38,190 bases of DNA from Ferroacidibacillus organovorans (GTDB lineage: Bacteria; Bacillota; Bacilli; Alicyclobacillales; SLC66). The stretch spans positions 62,001 to 100,190 of the forward strand of contig NZ_LSUQ01000007.1 of assembly GCF_001642725.1 (NCBI RefSeq), in the 5' to 3' direction. The position numbers and the translations under genes were made by a program. The notes under the pieces were generated by a model that searched no databases, was not told the origin of the DNA, and saw nothing but the letters and a program-made list of their open reading frames with translations. This document shows, piece after piece, positions 1 through 9,417 of this stretch (the stretch's first letter is position 1; each line of letters begins with the position of its first letter).

Positions 1-1270
1 GTCTACACTTTTTAACAAGATCGTCGGCGAGCGCATCGCCATTGTTGAAGATCGACCAGGCATTACTCGCGATCGCATTTTTGCAGCGTCGGAGTGGTCT
101 GGGACTTCGTTTCGCATCATTGACACTGGAGGACTCGATTTCGGTGAGGATGACGAGATTGCGGCGAGAATTCGCGCGCAAGTGGAACTTGCGATCGATG
201 AGGCGCACGTGATTGTTTTTTTGGTGGACGGGCAGTCTGGACTGACGAGTGCCGATGAAGAGATTGCCGATCGTCTGCGCAGATCCCATAAACGCGTCAT
301 TGTCGCGGTGAACAAAGCGGATCATCCTGGTCGCTTGAGTCACGCCTATGAGTTCTATCAACTCGGGTTTGGCGAAGCGCTGTCCATCTCTGCGGAACAC
401 GGACTTGGAATTGGTGATTTGCTCGATGAGGTGGTTAATCATTTTCCACTTGATCAAGAAGAACCGAGTTACGCAGAAGATGCGATCCGCATCGCGATTA
501 TCGGCCGCCCGAACGTCGGTAAGTCTTCGATGATCAATGCACTGCTCGGAGAAGAGCGCGTTCTCGTAAGCAACATTGCCGGAACAACGCGTGATGCGAT
601 TGATACAGAACTCACGTTTGCAGGAAATCCCTACGTACTCATTGACACGGCGGGCGTACGCAAGCGAGGCAAAGTCTACGAGAAGACAGAAAAGTACAGC
701 GTGTTGCGCGCGCTACGAGCGATTGAGCGATGTGATGTCGCCGTTCTTGTCATCGATGGAGAGCAGGGCATCATCGAGCAGGACAAACACGTTGTTGGCT
801 ATGCACTTGACGCGGGAAAAGCGCTTGTGATCGCTGTGAATAAATGGGATATTGTTGAAAAGGATCATAAAACTGCACAAGAATTCGAAAAAAATCTGCG
901 CTCCCATTTTCCGTTTATGAGCTGGGCACCTGTGGCTTTTGTATCCGCCAAGACAGGGCGACGTGTGTCACGCGTACTCGAAATGTCTTCCCATGTCGCA
1001 GAGCAACACGCCATGCGGATTCAAACATCAACCGTAAACACGATTGTTCAAGAAGCGGTATCGTTAACGCCACCACCTACAGACAAAGGACGTCGCTTAA
1101 AAGTTCTCTACGCAACGCAAGTGTCTGTCAAACCGCCGACCTTTGCTGTCTTTGTAAACACCCCAGAGTTGATGCATTTTTCTTATGTGCGTTATCTTGA
1201 AAATCAGCTACGTCAATCGTTTGGATTTGATGGCACCCCGATTCGTATTCTTGTGCGTCAACGATCTTAA
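1..1270 (+). CDS. der: Ribosome biogenesis GTPase Der (EngA), 5' end outside the window
   Basis: Frame is open from base 2 ([25 protein letters not shown]...IDTGG). Second G domain has [13 protein letters not shown] and NKWD; C-terminal KH-like domain ends [15 protein letters not shown]. Confidence 0.97.
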   Translation, partial: STLFNKIVGERIAIVEDRPGITRDRIFAASEWSGTSFRIIDTGGLDFGEDDEIAARIRAQVELAIDEAHVIVFLVDGQSGLTSADEEIADRLRRSHKRVIVAVNKADHPGRLSHAYEFYQLGFGEALSISAEHGLGIGDLLDEVVNHFPLDQEEPSYAEDAIRIAIIGRPNVGKSSMINALLGEERVLVSNIAGTTRDAIDTELTFAGNPYVLIDTAGVRKRGKVYEKTEKYSVLRALRAIERCDVAVLVIDGEQGIIEQDKHVVGYALDAGKALVIAVNKWDIVEKDHKTAQEFEKNLRSHFPFMSWAPVAFVSAKTGRRVSRVLEMSSHVAEQHAMRIQTSTVNTIVQEAVSLTPPPTDKGRRLKVLYATQVSVKPPTFAVFVNTPELMHFSYVRYLENQLRQSFGFDGTPIRILVRQRS

Positions 1271-1282
1271 GGAGGTGGTAGC

Positions 1283-1885
1283 GTGTTTTTTCTCATTCTC
1301 ATCTCAAGCATCGTCGCGTATTTATTAGGCTCCGTCTCTTCGAGCTATCTATTAGGGCGAACCCTCGCTGGCGTAGACATTCGCAACCATGGAAGTGGCA
1401 ATGCAGGTGCGACAAACACCTTGCGCATTCTTGGCTGGCGAATCGCTGTTTTTGTTTTGTTCATCGATATTCTAAAAGGTGTATTTGCAATCGCCTTTGC
1501 CCACCTGATCACAGGAGGGAACGAAGTGGCTTTGGCATTCGCTGGATTTTTTGCGATTGTTGGCCACAATTGGCCTGTCTATTTTGGATTTCGCGGAGGG
1601 AAGGGAGTCGCCACGACGATCGGCGTACTCTTAACTCTCTATGCCGCACCCGCACTGTACGCCGGATTGATTGCGATTGCGCTCCTTTTACTCTTTCGCT
1701 ATGTATCTGTTGCGTCGCTCACATTTGTCGCTCTAACGCCGATCTTTCAATGGATTATGCACGGTAATGCGGCGGTTATCCTCATCTCTTTCGCGATCGC
1801 CATAATGACATTCATCCGCCATCGCACCAACATCGCCAGACTTCGCTCTGGTCAAGAACATCGTTTGTTTTCAAGGACTTCGTAA
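1283..1885 (+). CDS. plsY: Glycerol-3-phosphate acyltransferase PlsY
   Basis: AYLLGS, DIRNHGSGNAGATN, GHNWPVYFGFRGGKGVAT and RHRTNI motifs; RBS AAGGAGG; der-plsY-gpsA synteny. Confidence 0.96.
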   Translation: MFFLILISSIVAYLLGSVSSSYLLGRTLAGVDIRNHGSGNAGATNTLRILGWRIAVFVLFIDILKGVFAIAFAHLITGGNEVALAFAGFFAIVGHNWPVYFGFRGGKGVATTIGVLLTLYAAPALYAGLIAIALLLLFRYVSVASLTFVALTPIFQWIMHGNAAVILISFAIAIMTFIRHRTNIARLRSGQEHRLFSRTS

Positions 1886-1904
1886 GAAAGTGGGATCATG
1901 CATC

Positions 1905-2990
1905 ATGGCTGATTTGGTGTCGGCAATAAGAACGCCAATCTCGCATTTTGCTATCTTTGGCGCCGGAAGTTTTGGAACGGCGCTTGCCGTTACGCTTGCG
2001 CGACAAGGTCATCGCGTCACACTGATTGGCCGTGATGAAAAGACGATGACTGAGTTAAATACTAAGCGCGAAAACACGAGATATCTTCCAGGTGTTCTCC
2101 TCCATCCAAACATCGTATGCACAAATGATCTCGGGCAAGGGATTCATGTGGATTATCTTCTGTTATCTGTGCCTACACAATTCATGCGTGACGCCTGCGT
2201 ACAAGTGCGCGCCATCGCTCCCGCATCTTTCTATAAAAGTACTTCCGTCATTCACGTTGCCAAAGGCCTTGAACGAGTGACTGGCAAGCGCGTATCGGAG
2301 GTTATTCTTGAAACACTACCTGCGCTTTCAGCCAGTCGTCTCGCAGTTTTGTCTGGGCCGAGTCACGCTGAGGAACTCGCGCAGAATGTTCCCACAACAC
2401 TTGTCGCCACAAGCGCATCCAAATCGTATGCTGAGGAAATTCAGGATGTGTTTATGAGCGACACACTGCGCGTGTACACCAATCCGGATCTGATTGGCGT
2501 AGAGCTGGGAGGGGCGCTTAAAAATATCATCGCACTCGGCGCAGGAATCTCTGACGGCCTCGGGTTTGGTGATAATGCTCGCGCAGCGCTCATCACGCGT
2601 GGACTTGTTGAAATCGCCCGTCTCGGCGTGGCTCTCGGCGCGTCGACCGCGACATTCGGAGGTCTTACAGGAATTGGCGATTTGATCGTGACATGCACCA
2701 GTCGTCTCAGCAGAAACTGGAATGCAGGTTATCTTCTTGGACAAGGGATGTCCATCGCTGAAGTCCTTCCAAAAATCGGAATGGTCGTTGAGGGCGCAAC
2801 GACGACAAAAGTGGCTGTGGAGAAAGCCAAATCACTCGCTGTAACCATGCCGATCGCCGAGGCCATTTCCGATCTTTTAGACGACAATTGTTCGCCGCGA
2901 GAAGCAGTCTTAGGACTTATGAATCGAAAAAAAACGCATGAAGTGGAAGAACGATTTGTCGAGGCATCGATTGGCTGGACTACACAATAA
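1905..2990 (+). CDS. gpsA: NAD(P)H-dependent glycerol-3-phosphate dehydrogenase (start 1890 or 1905)
   Basis: GAGSFGTALA Rossmann motif, SGPSHAEE, GGALKN, GDLIVTCTS-SRN. Confidence 0.96.
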   Translation: MADLVSAIRTPISHFAIFGAGSFGTALAVTLARQGHRVTLIGRDEKTMTELNTKRENTRYLPGVLLHPNIVCTNDLGQGIHVDYLLLSVPTQFMRDACVQVRAIAPASFYKSTSVIHVAKGLERVTGKRVSEVILETLPALSASRLAVLSGPSHAEELAQNVPTTLVATSASKSYAEEIQDVFMSDTLRVYTNPDLIGVELGGALKNIIALGAGISDGLGFGDNARAALITRGLVEIARLGVALGASTATFGGLTGIGDLIVTCTSRLSRNWNAGYLLGQGMSIAEVLPKIGMVVEGATTTKVAVEKAKSLAVTMPIAEAISDLLDDNCSPREAVLGLMNRKKTHEVEERFVEASIGWTTQ

Positions 2991-3026
2991 ATGGTACAAT
3001 CACGCTAAGAAGAGGGAGGCGAACGC

Positions 3027-3404
3027 ATGAGTCACACACCAAAAGATTTGCGTTATACAAAAGAGCATGAATGGATTCGCATTCAAGAGAAGACCGCCTA
3101 CATAGGGATCACAGATTTCGCCCAAGATGAGTTGGGAGATATTGTGTTCGTCGAACTTCCGTCCGTTGGGGATGAGGTTCGCGAAGGTGAGACGTTTGGC
3201 ACCGTAGAGTCTGTCAAAACAGTGTCTGATCTCTATTCACCAGTGACTGGGGTTGTCGTCGAGGTGAATGAATCTCTCAATGACAATCCGGAGAATGTAA
3301 ATTCAAAACCGTATGAACTCGGTTGGATGATCGCAGTTGAAATAAAGGAAGATCCAACCCATCTCCTCACGGCGGAAGAATATGAAGCCCTAACGAACGC
3401 TTGA
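3027..3404 (+). CDS. gcvH: Glycine cleavage H protein / lipoyl carrier
   Basis: [28 protein letters not shown] (lipoyl-Lys); RBS GGGAGG. Confidence 0.96.
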   Translation: MSHTPKDLRYTKEHEWIRIQEKTAYIGITDFAQDELGDIVFVELPSVGDEVREGETFGTVESVKTVSDLYSPVTGVVVEVNESLNDNPENVNSKPYELGWMIAVEIKEDPTHLLTAEEYEALTNA

Positions 3405-4243
3405 TGACAACGCCAGAAACGTTTCGACTGCTTAATACAGGTCCGTCTTCAGCCGCCATGAATATGGCGATTGACGAGGCAATTCTGCTTTCGACAAGTC
3501 AGGGAGATGTCCCTCCGACGCTCCGCTTTTACGCTTGGGAGAGACCGAGCCTCTCACTCGGATACTTTCAGCGAACAAAACGCGATGTGAACCTTGAAGC
3601 AATTCACGCGCGAGGGTTTGATTGGGTACGCCGAATGACGGGTGGACGCGCAGTCCTCCACGATCGTGAACTTACGTACAGCGTACACGTCCCAGGCCAG
3701 CACAGGTTTGCCCAAGTATCTGTCGTCGAATCCTACCGACTGCTGTCGGAAGGATTGCGCGCAGGATTTGAAGCACTTGGCCTGCACGCGCAGATCGTTT
3801 CACTCGCTGATGAGGAAGAGCGCAAACGATACGCCTCTGCAGGGTCTGCCGCTTGTTTTGACTCGCCTTCGTGGTATGAGCTTGTGGTTGATGGACGAAA
3901 AATTGCTGGAAGCGCGCAGGTTCGCGCGCATGGCGGGCTGCTCCAACACGGGGCATTATTACTCGACTTATCTGCAGAAGATCTGTTCTCTGTTTTACAG
4001 TTCAGGTCGGAAGAAGAGCGAAGCGCGGTGCAGCGAGAGTTTGCAGAGCGCGCGGTAAGCGTGAGGGATTTAACTGGACGGATTGTTTCATACGAAGAAG
4101 CCGCAAATGCATTTGCGCACGGATTTGAAGTTGGATTAAATCTTTCGCTTGTCAAAGAAACGCTCACAAAAGGTGAGCAAGAACTGGCAGAACATCTCTA
4201 CAAAGAGAAGTACAGCACGTCGGTTTGGAATGAGCGACGGTAA
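3401..4243 (+). CDS. lipM: Octanoyltransferase LipM / lipoate-protein ligase A family
   Basis: [36 protein letters not shown]; start overlaps the gcvH stop codon. Confidence 0.85.
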   Translation: MMTTPETFRLLNTGPSSAAMNMAIDEAILLSTSQGDVPPTLRFYAWERPSLSLGYFQRTKRDVNLEAIHARGFDWVRRMTGGRAVLHDRELTYSVHVPGQHRFAQVSVVESYRLLSEGLRAGFEALGLHAQIVSLADEEERKRYASAGSAACFDSPSWYELVVDGRKIAGSAQVRAHGGLLQHGALLLDLSAEDLFSVLQFRSEEERSAVQREFAERAVSVRDLTGRIVSYEEAANAFAHGFEVGLNLSLVKETLTKGEQELAEHLYKEKYSTSVWNERR

Positions 4244-4295
4244 GTTTTTCCGGATATACCCATCCAGTAAACGCCCCTCTACAATAATATTCGAG

Positions 4296-4326
4296 AAGAG
4301 ATTCGGGAAAACCGAATCTTTTTTTG
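4296..4326 (+). terminator. Intrinsic terminator after gcvH-lipM
   Basis: AAGAGATTCGG-gaaaa-CCGAATCTTTT followed by a T run. Confidence 0.75.
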
Positions 4327-4367
4327 TTCTAGTTTCTATGAAATGTTCGTACTCATAGAAACTAGAA
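4327..4367. repeat. Perfect 15-bp inverted repeat with 11-nt spacer
   Basis: TTCTAGTTTCTATGA (4327-4341) and TCATAGAAACTAGAA (4353-4367) are exact reverse complements. Confidence 0.85.
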
Positions 4368-4414
4368 GGAATCCAGTGGCAATTCGTCAACTGCGCGCGG
4401 GACTCTGAAGCGCA

Positions 4415-4443
4415 GCATATCTTGCGTCATCCATCATATACAT
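4415..4443 (+). promoter_or_regulatory. Putative sigma-E (mother cell) promoter of spoIVA
   Basis: GCATAT-N14-CATATACAT resembles the sigma-E consensus; spoIVA is sigma-E controlled in B. subtilis. Confidence 0.5.
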
Positions 4444-4546
4444 GAACTGTCCGAGTGCGGACAGCAAGAGGATGGCAGCGATAGTTGCGTCAAATCAGAG
4501 GCAAAGGTCGCGATTGACGCCGGCCAGAGGTCAGGGAGGGAATCGC

Positions 4547-6025
4547 GTGGAGAGATTGGAAGTGTTTAAGGATATTGCAGAACGCACTGGCGGCGATATT
4601 TATTTAGGTGTTGTTGGTCCCGTGCGAACTGGAAAATCCACCTTTATCAAAAAATTTATGGAATTGATCGTTTTGCCTCATATGCATGATGAAGCGGAGC
4701 GCGCGCGAACCATTGATGAACTGCCACAAAGCGCGGCTGGCCGTACGATTATGACGACAGAGCCTAAGTTTGTACCTAACCAGGCAGCAAGGATCACCGT
4801 TGCCGAAGGTCTGACCATTGATTGCCGATTGGTCGACTGCGTGGGATACACCGTACACGGCGCGCGCGGTTACGAGGATGAGATGGGGCCGCGCATGGTC
4901 ACGACGCCCTGGTATGACGACCCGATTCCCTTTGCCGAAGCGGCGGAAATCGGAACGCGCAAAGTCATAGCTGATCACTCCACCATCGGGCTTGTCATCA
5001 CGACGGATGGCACCATCTCTGAGATCACACGCGACAGCTATGTTGAGGCAGAAGAGCGCGTTGTCAATGAACTCAAAGAACTCGGCAAGCCATTTGTCAT
5101 GGTGATTAACTCCGTGCACCCTTACAGCCCAGAAACACAGGCGTTGCGCGCCGCGCTTCTTGACAAGTACGACATCCCTGTCGTGGCTGTATCCTGCGCA
5201 ACCATGGGTACGGAAGACGTGATGTTGGTGCTGCGCGAAGCGCTCTATGAATTTCCCGTGCACGAAGTAAATGTCAATCTGCCGAGTTGGGTCATGGTGC
5301 TTGATCCTGAGCACTGGCTAAGGCGGTCGTATGAGGCGGCGGTGCGCGACACGATTCAGGATATTCGTCGACTGCGGGACATTGATCGCGTCGTTGGTCA
5401 CTTTTCAAACTACGATTTTATTGCGCGCGCCGCACTCGCAAACGTTGACATGGGCCACGGCGTTGCGGACATTGAGTTAACCGCTCCTGATGAACTGTAC
5501 GATCAAGTGCTCACGGAAGTTGTCGGCGTCGAGATTCGTGGCAAGGACCACCTCCTTAAACTGATGAAGGATTTGACGTTTGCTAAACGTGAATACGATA
5601 AGATTGGCGAGGCGCTGCGCATGGTCAAGATGACCGGATACGGAATTGCGCCGCCCGTTCTTGAAGAGATGTCCCTCGATGAACCGGAACTGATTCGTCA
5701 AGGGTCGCGTTTCGGGGTTCGCTTAAAGGCGACAGCACCCTCGATTCACATGATTCGCGTCGATGTCGAATCGGAATTCGCGCCGATTGTTGGCACGGAG
5801 CGCCAAAGTGAAGAGTTGGTCAAATATCTGATGCAAGATTTTGAAGAGGATCCGCAGAAGATCTGGAACTCTGACATCTTTGGCAAGTCACTTGCCGCCA
5901 TCGTTCGTGAGGGAATCTCCGGAAAGCTTTCAATGATGCCAGAGAACGCTCAGTATAAACTTCGGGAAACGCTTCAGCGAATTATTAATGAGGGCAGCGG
6001 GGGATTGATCGCGATCATCCTTTAA
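4547..6025 (+). CDS. spoIVA: Stage IV sporulation protein A (spore coat morphogenetic ATPase), 492 aa
   Basis: GTG start after RBS GGGAGG; DIAERTGGDIYLGVVGPVRTGKSTFIK, DELPQS, IMTTEPKFVP; C-terminus NEGSGGLIAIIL. Confidence 0.98.
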   Translation: MERLEVFKDIAERTGGDIYLGVVGPVRTGKSTFIKKFMELIVLPHMHDEAERARTIDELPQSAAGRTIMTTEPKFVPNQAARITVAEGLTIDCRLVDCVGYTVHGARGYEDEMGPRMVTTPWYDDPIPFAEAAEIGTRKVIADHSTIGLVITTDGTISEITRDSYVEAEERVVNELKELGKPFVMVINSVHPYSPETQALRAALLDKYDIPVVAVSCATMGTEDVMLVLREALYEFPVHEVNVNLPSWVMVLDPEHWLRRSYEAAVRDTIQDIRRLRDIDRVVGHFSNYDFIARAALANVDMGHGVADIELTAPDELYDQVLTEVVGVEIRGKDHLLKLMKDLTFAKREYDKIGEALRMVKMTGYGIAPPVLEEMSLDEPELIRQGSRFGVRLKATAPSIHMIRVDVESEFAPIVGTERQSEELVKYLMQDFEEDPQKIWNSDIFGKSLAAIVREGISGKLSMMPENAQYKLRETLQRIINEGSGGLIAIIL

Positions 6026-6055
6026 AAAAGCGCGACCTGCGGGTCGCGCTTTTTT
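6024..6055. terminator. Intrinsic terminator after spoIVA (bidirectional shape)
   Basis: AAAAAAGCGCGACC-tgcg-GGTCGCGCTTTTTT. Confidence 0.9.
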
Positions 6056-6164
6056 CATGACGTTCAAACAAGGAAAGCAGGATTCTGTTTTTACAACTCG
6101 AATAAGGATGAAAGAGGAACTCGTTTTTTACACTTTTTTCGGAACAATTGGAAGGAGTATGAGC

Positions 6165-7724
6165 ATGAATTACAATTTCGCAACACATGTTGAAAATTAT
6201 CAACTCAATCACCCTGATCAATTGGCGATTGTTGCACTTCAACAAGACAGAACGGAGCATCGCTTGACCTACCATGAATTATTCGAACGGGTCAAAGGAA
6301 CACAAGAACAATTCATGCTTGAAGGAATAAAACAAGGTGATCGCGTACTCGTCATGGTTGGCCGCGGCGTTGAATCGTATCAAATCTATTTGGCGCTGCT
6401 TCGCATGGGCGCTGTCATCATGCCAGGATCTGAGTTGCTGCGCGCAAAGGATATCGCGTATCGGATTCGTCACGCGCAAGCAACGGCCGTCATAACTGCT
6501 GAGCATGTCGCAAAAGAAGTCGCAGAAGCCGTAGATCACTCCAATGTAAAAAAGATCGCCGTTGATTTTATCCGCGACGGGTTTGTCACGCTGGAATCTT
6601 CGCGCTGTGCCACACGGGACATGCCTGCTGCTGATACGGATGAACAAGACATGGCATTCATCTCCTATACGTCAGGCACGACAGGGGGGCCAAAAGGGGT
6701 TGTACATGTTCACGGATGGGCAAAAGCGCATCTTGCAAACGCTGCAACCTATTGGTTTGATGCAGTGCCACAAGAGTGGGCGTGGGCCACGGCAGGACCT
6801 GGATGGGCAAAGTGGGTGTGGAGCCCGTTTGTATCGATTCTGGGAAAAGGCGGCACCGCTTTCATCTACGTCGGACGATTTGACCCACAGGTCTACCTGT
6901 CACTCATGGAAGCGTATCCAATTTCTCTTTTATGCGCGACACCGACTGAGTATCGGTTGATGGCAAAGAGTGAAGCGATGAAATCGTGGAAACCGAGTGC
7001 ACTGCGCAGTGCGGTGAGTGCGGGTGAACCGCTCAATCGAGAAGTGATTGACGCATTTAGAGCGACGTGTGGCGTTTTGGTTCGCGATGGCTATGGCCAG
7101 ACAGAAAACTCCCTGCTTGTCGCGACGCAAGTGGGTATGGAACTAAAACCCGGATCGATGGGCAAGCCGACGCCACAGAGCGAGGTTTCCATTCTGGACG
7201 ACGACGGCCATGTGTTAAAGACGGGTGAGATTGGCCACATCGCAGTCAAAAAGACGTTGCCCACGTTGTTTCAAGGATATCTCTACGATCCTGAGCGCAC
7301 AGCAAAAGCGTTTCTTGGAAATTATTATATAACGGGAGACCTTGGTCGTTTTGACGATGACGGTTATCTGTGGTTTGAGGGACGCTCAGATGACATGATC
7401 ATTAGCGCTGGATACACGATCGGGCCATTTGAGGTAGAAGACGCGCTCGTCAGCCATCCAGCCGTTGCCGAGTGTGCGGCAGTCGCCAGCCCAGACGATG
7501 AGCGCGGACATATTGTCAAAGCGTTTATCATCGTTAAAGCTGGGGTTGAACCTACGGATCAATTAAAAGAAGAATTGAAAGACTATGTAAAACGCGTTAC
7601 GGCACCCTATAAGTACCCCCGTGAGATTGAGTTTGTCACTGATCTTCCAAAAACGGCAAGCGGTAAAATCCGCAGAATAGAGCTGCGAACAGCAGAAAAG
7701 CAACGCAAAAACAAGGCGCTCTAA
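6165..7724 (+). CDS. Short/medium-chain acyl-CoA ligase (YtcI/MbcS-like)
   Basis: YTSGTTGGPKGV, WATAGPGWAKW, SAGEPLN, DGYGQTE, GRSDD, LPKTASGKI; ATG 6165 follows RBS AAGGAG. Confidence 0.88.
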   Translation: MNYNFATHVENYQLNHPDQLAIVALQQDRTEHRLTYHELFERVKGTQEQFMLEGIKQGDRVLVMVGRGVESYQIYLALLRMGAVIMPGSELLRAKDIAYRIRHAQATAVITAEHVAKEVAEAVDHSNVKKIAVDFIRDGFVTLESSRCATRDMPAADTDEQDMAFISYTSGTTGGPKGVVHVHGWAKAHLANAATYWFDAVPQEWAWATAGPGWAKWVWSPFVSILGKGGTAFIYVGRFDPQVYLSLMEAYPISLLCATPTEYRLMAKSEAMKSWKPSALRSAVSAGEPLNREVIDAFRATCGVLVRDGYGQTENSLLVATQVGMELKPGSMGKPTPQSEVSILDDDGHVLKTGEIGHIAVKKTLPTLFQGYLYDPERTAKAFLGNYYITGDLGRFDDDGYLWFEGRSDDMIISAGYTIGPFEVEDALVSHPAVAECAAVASPDDERGHIVKAFIIVKAGVEPTDQLKEELKDYVKRVTAPYKYPREIEFVTDLPKTASGKIRRIELRTAEKQRKNKAL

Positions 7725-7738
7725 GCAGGGCGCCTTTT
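7713..7738 (+). terminator. Terminator hairpin overlapping the acyl-CoA ligase stop
   Basis: AAGGCGCTCT-aagc-AGGGCGCCTT-TT. Confidence 0.6.
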
Positions 7739-7752
7739 CAAAGGAGGATTCT

Positions 7753-7896
7753 ATGATTCAAATTCTTCTTCGCGATAACTGGAAAATGCGCGCGATCGAT
7801 GATGAAAATTGGCTTACCCCATCGTTCTCGGATCTGATTTTTACGGATTTACTGCGCGCCGAAAGCTACCATGTCCCATCCCATATCACTGGCTGA
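7753..7896 (+). pseudogene. 47-codon ORF, probable remnant of a GH2 beta-mannosidase N-terminus
   Basis: Perfect RBS AAAGGAGG; MIQILLRDNWKMRAIDDENWL...FTDLLRA resembles GH2 N-termini; VLGS (like VPGS) and KLPCP (like KLPDP) appear in a shifted frame. Confidence 0.45.
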
Positions 7897-7992
7897 AATG
7901 GAAAAACAGATCACCTTGCGTTCGCTGTATGACACCATCGAGCGTTGAACCATAGATCGTTGAAGGAGATCCTTACCTAACGCGAACCTTTC

Positions 7993-8021
7993 TTGCGACA
8001 GTCTTGTGATCCTGTTATAAT
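7993..8021 (+). promoter_or_regulatory. sigma-A promoter of tRNA-Pro
   Basis: TTGCGA-N17-TATAAT with extended -10 TG. Confidence 0.8.
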
Positions 8022-8033
8022 GACTTTGTTTGA

Positions 8034-8110
8034 CGGGATGTAGCGCAGCCTGGTAGCGCGCTACCTTGGGGAGGTAGAGGTCCCGGGTTCGAATCCCGGC
8101 ATTCCGACCA
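8034..8110 (+). tRNA. tRNA-Pro (anticodon GGG)
   Basis: Cloverleaf CGGGATG...CATTCCG-ACCA; anticodon arm CTACC-TTGGGGA-GGTAG; T loop GTTCGAATC; encoded CCA. Confidence 0.97.
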
Positions 8111-8120
8111 TAGCCGAATG

Positions 8121-8149
8121 TCAGCCTGTCTCGCAGGCTGATTTTTTTT
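8121..8149 (+). terminator. Intrinsic terminator after tRNA-Pro
   Basis: TCAGCCTG-tctcg-CAGGCTGA followed by T8. Confidence 0.85.
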
Positions 8150-8165
8150 GAGCGGAGGAATCTTT

Positions 8166-8375
8166 GTGGAAGAATACGTCGTGATCAAAGCAAAACAAAG
8201 CGGAGTGCAAGTCATTGGCCTTACAAGAGGACACGATACAAAGTTCAATCATCTCGAAAAACTGGATAAAAATGAAGTGATGTTGGCACAGTTTACGGAG
8301 TACACTTCAGCGATCAAAGTTCGCGGACCCGCCGTGATTTATACGAAACTAGGAACGATTGACACAGAAGAGTAG
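8166..8375 (+). CDS. mtrB: trp RNA-binding attenuation protein TRAP
   Basis: [41 protein letters not shown] start after GGAGG; position upstream of hepS as in B. subtilis. Confidence 0.95.
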   Translation: MEEYVVIKAKQSGVQVIGLTRGHDTKFNHLEKLDKNEVMLAQFTEYTSAIKVRGPAVIYTKLGTIDTEE

Positions 8376-8425
8376 GACCTGTGTAAAAGAAACGTGCGGC
8401 AGCCACACTGGGCTTATACACACTG

Positions 8426-8434
8426 TGGTATAAT
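8426..8434 (+). promoter_or_regulatory. Extended -10 promoter element upstream of hepS
   Basis: TG-G-TATAAT about 40 nt before the start codon; no clear -35. Confidence 0.55.
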
Positions 8435-8471
8435 ACGTCTGCATGCTGTGTAAGAGGGGTGGTCTCAACCC

Positions 8472-9368
8472 ATGGACAACAAGATTTCGGACCACGAAAG
8501 CACAACTTTAGAGAATCGCTTTGGCCTGCACGACTTACAACGCTTTGTGGAACGTGTCATGTCGCAAGCAATTTTAAAAGCAGAATCGATCTTGCCAGCG
8601 CTTTCCAAGTGGCAACTTCTTCTTGGGGCGATTATCTTGTCTAGGACAACCCTAACGCGAGGCGCACGGGATCGCGTTCTCGCATCCATGATTCTCATGT
8701 ATCACGGTTTGGCGCTCCACGAAAAAATTGTTGACACGACGACGCGGCAAGATAAGAAGGGGCAATTGACCGTGCTTGGCGGCGATTACTTGAGCAGTCT
8801 TTTTTATAAACTGCTCGCCGAAGCCAATCGCATTGATATTATTCATCGATTTTCCGATGCTGTCTCAAAGATCAATGTCGCCAAAGCGTCCCTCTACACT
8901 GCACTGAACGATGGTCAGTTGACAGATGATCAGTACATTTCTGATGTAAAAACCATGCATGGAGCATTGCTTCGCGCGCTTTGTAACGCGTTTGAACTCG
9001 ATCGATCCATGGAAGAGTTCGTTGAGGCAGCGATCTCTGCAACCGTTTATAAAGCTGAACTGTTTGATGAGCGTGATATGGAGTCGCTCTCACTCGCTCA
9101 CGTTTATTTAGAGCAACGCGCGACAGAAGAAGAATTAAAGAACATTGACTACATGGTTCTCGGTCAGATGAACAAAGATAAGCGAATCACACTGCTTCAT
9201 GCAAAATACGATACTTTTACGAGAATTATGCAAAATTTCAGGGATTCTATGACGGCACTCCAACACGCAGCGAATGATGTAATGGGAAGAGAAGACTGGG
9301 ATCAATTAGAACTCGTTTTGGATGCGCGAATCGCTTCAATCTCTGCGTCTGCGATGGAGCAGAGTTGA
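8472..9368 (+). CDS. hepS: Heptaprenyl diphosphate synthase component I
   Basis: QLTVLGGDYLSSLFYKLLA motif; mtrB-hepS-menG-hepT synteny. Confidence 0.82.
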   Translation: MDNKISDHESTTLENRFGLHDLQRFVERVMSQAILKAESILPALSKWQLLLGAIILSRTTLTRGARDRVLASMILMYHGLALHEKIVDTTTRQDKKGQLTVLGGDYLSSLFYKLLAEANRIDIIHRFSDAVSKINVAKASLYTALNDGQLTDDQYISDVKTMHGALLRALCNAFELDRSMEEFVEAAISATVYKAELFDERDMESLSLAHVYLEQRATEEELKNIDYMVLGQMNKDKRITLLHAKYDTFTRIMQNFRDSMTALQHAANDVMGREDWDQLELVLDARIASISASAMEQS

Positions 9369-9417
9369 CGATTTAAAAAACGGAGCTCGAAAATCTTAGT
9401 ATGAAAGGGGTTTTCGC

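Noticed and set aside
4442..4546. 35-aa N-terminal extension of SpoIVA in the ORF track
   Set aside because: GTG 4547 has the RBS and gives the canonical 492 aa; the upstream ATG overlaps the putative promoter.
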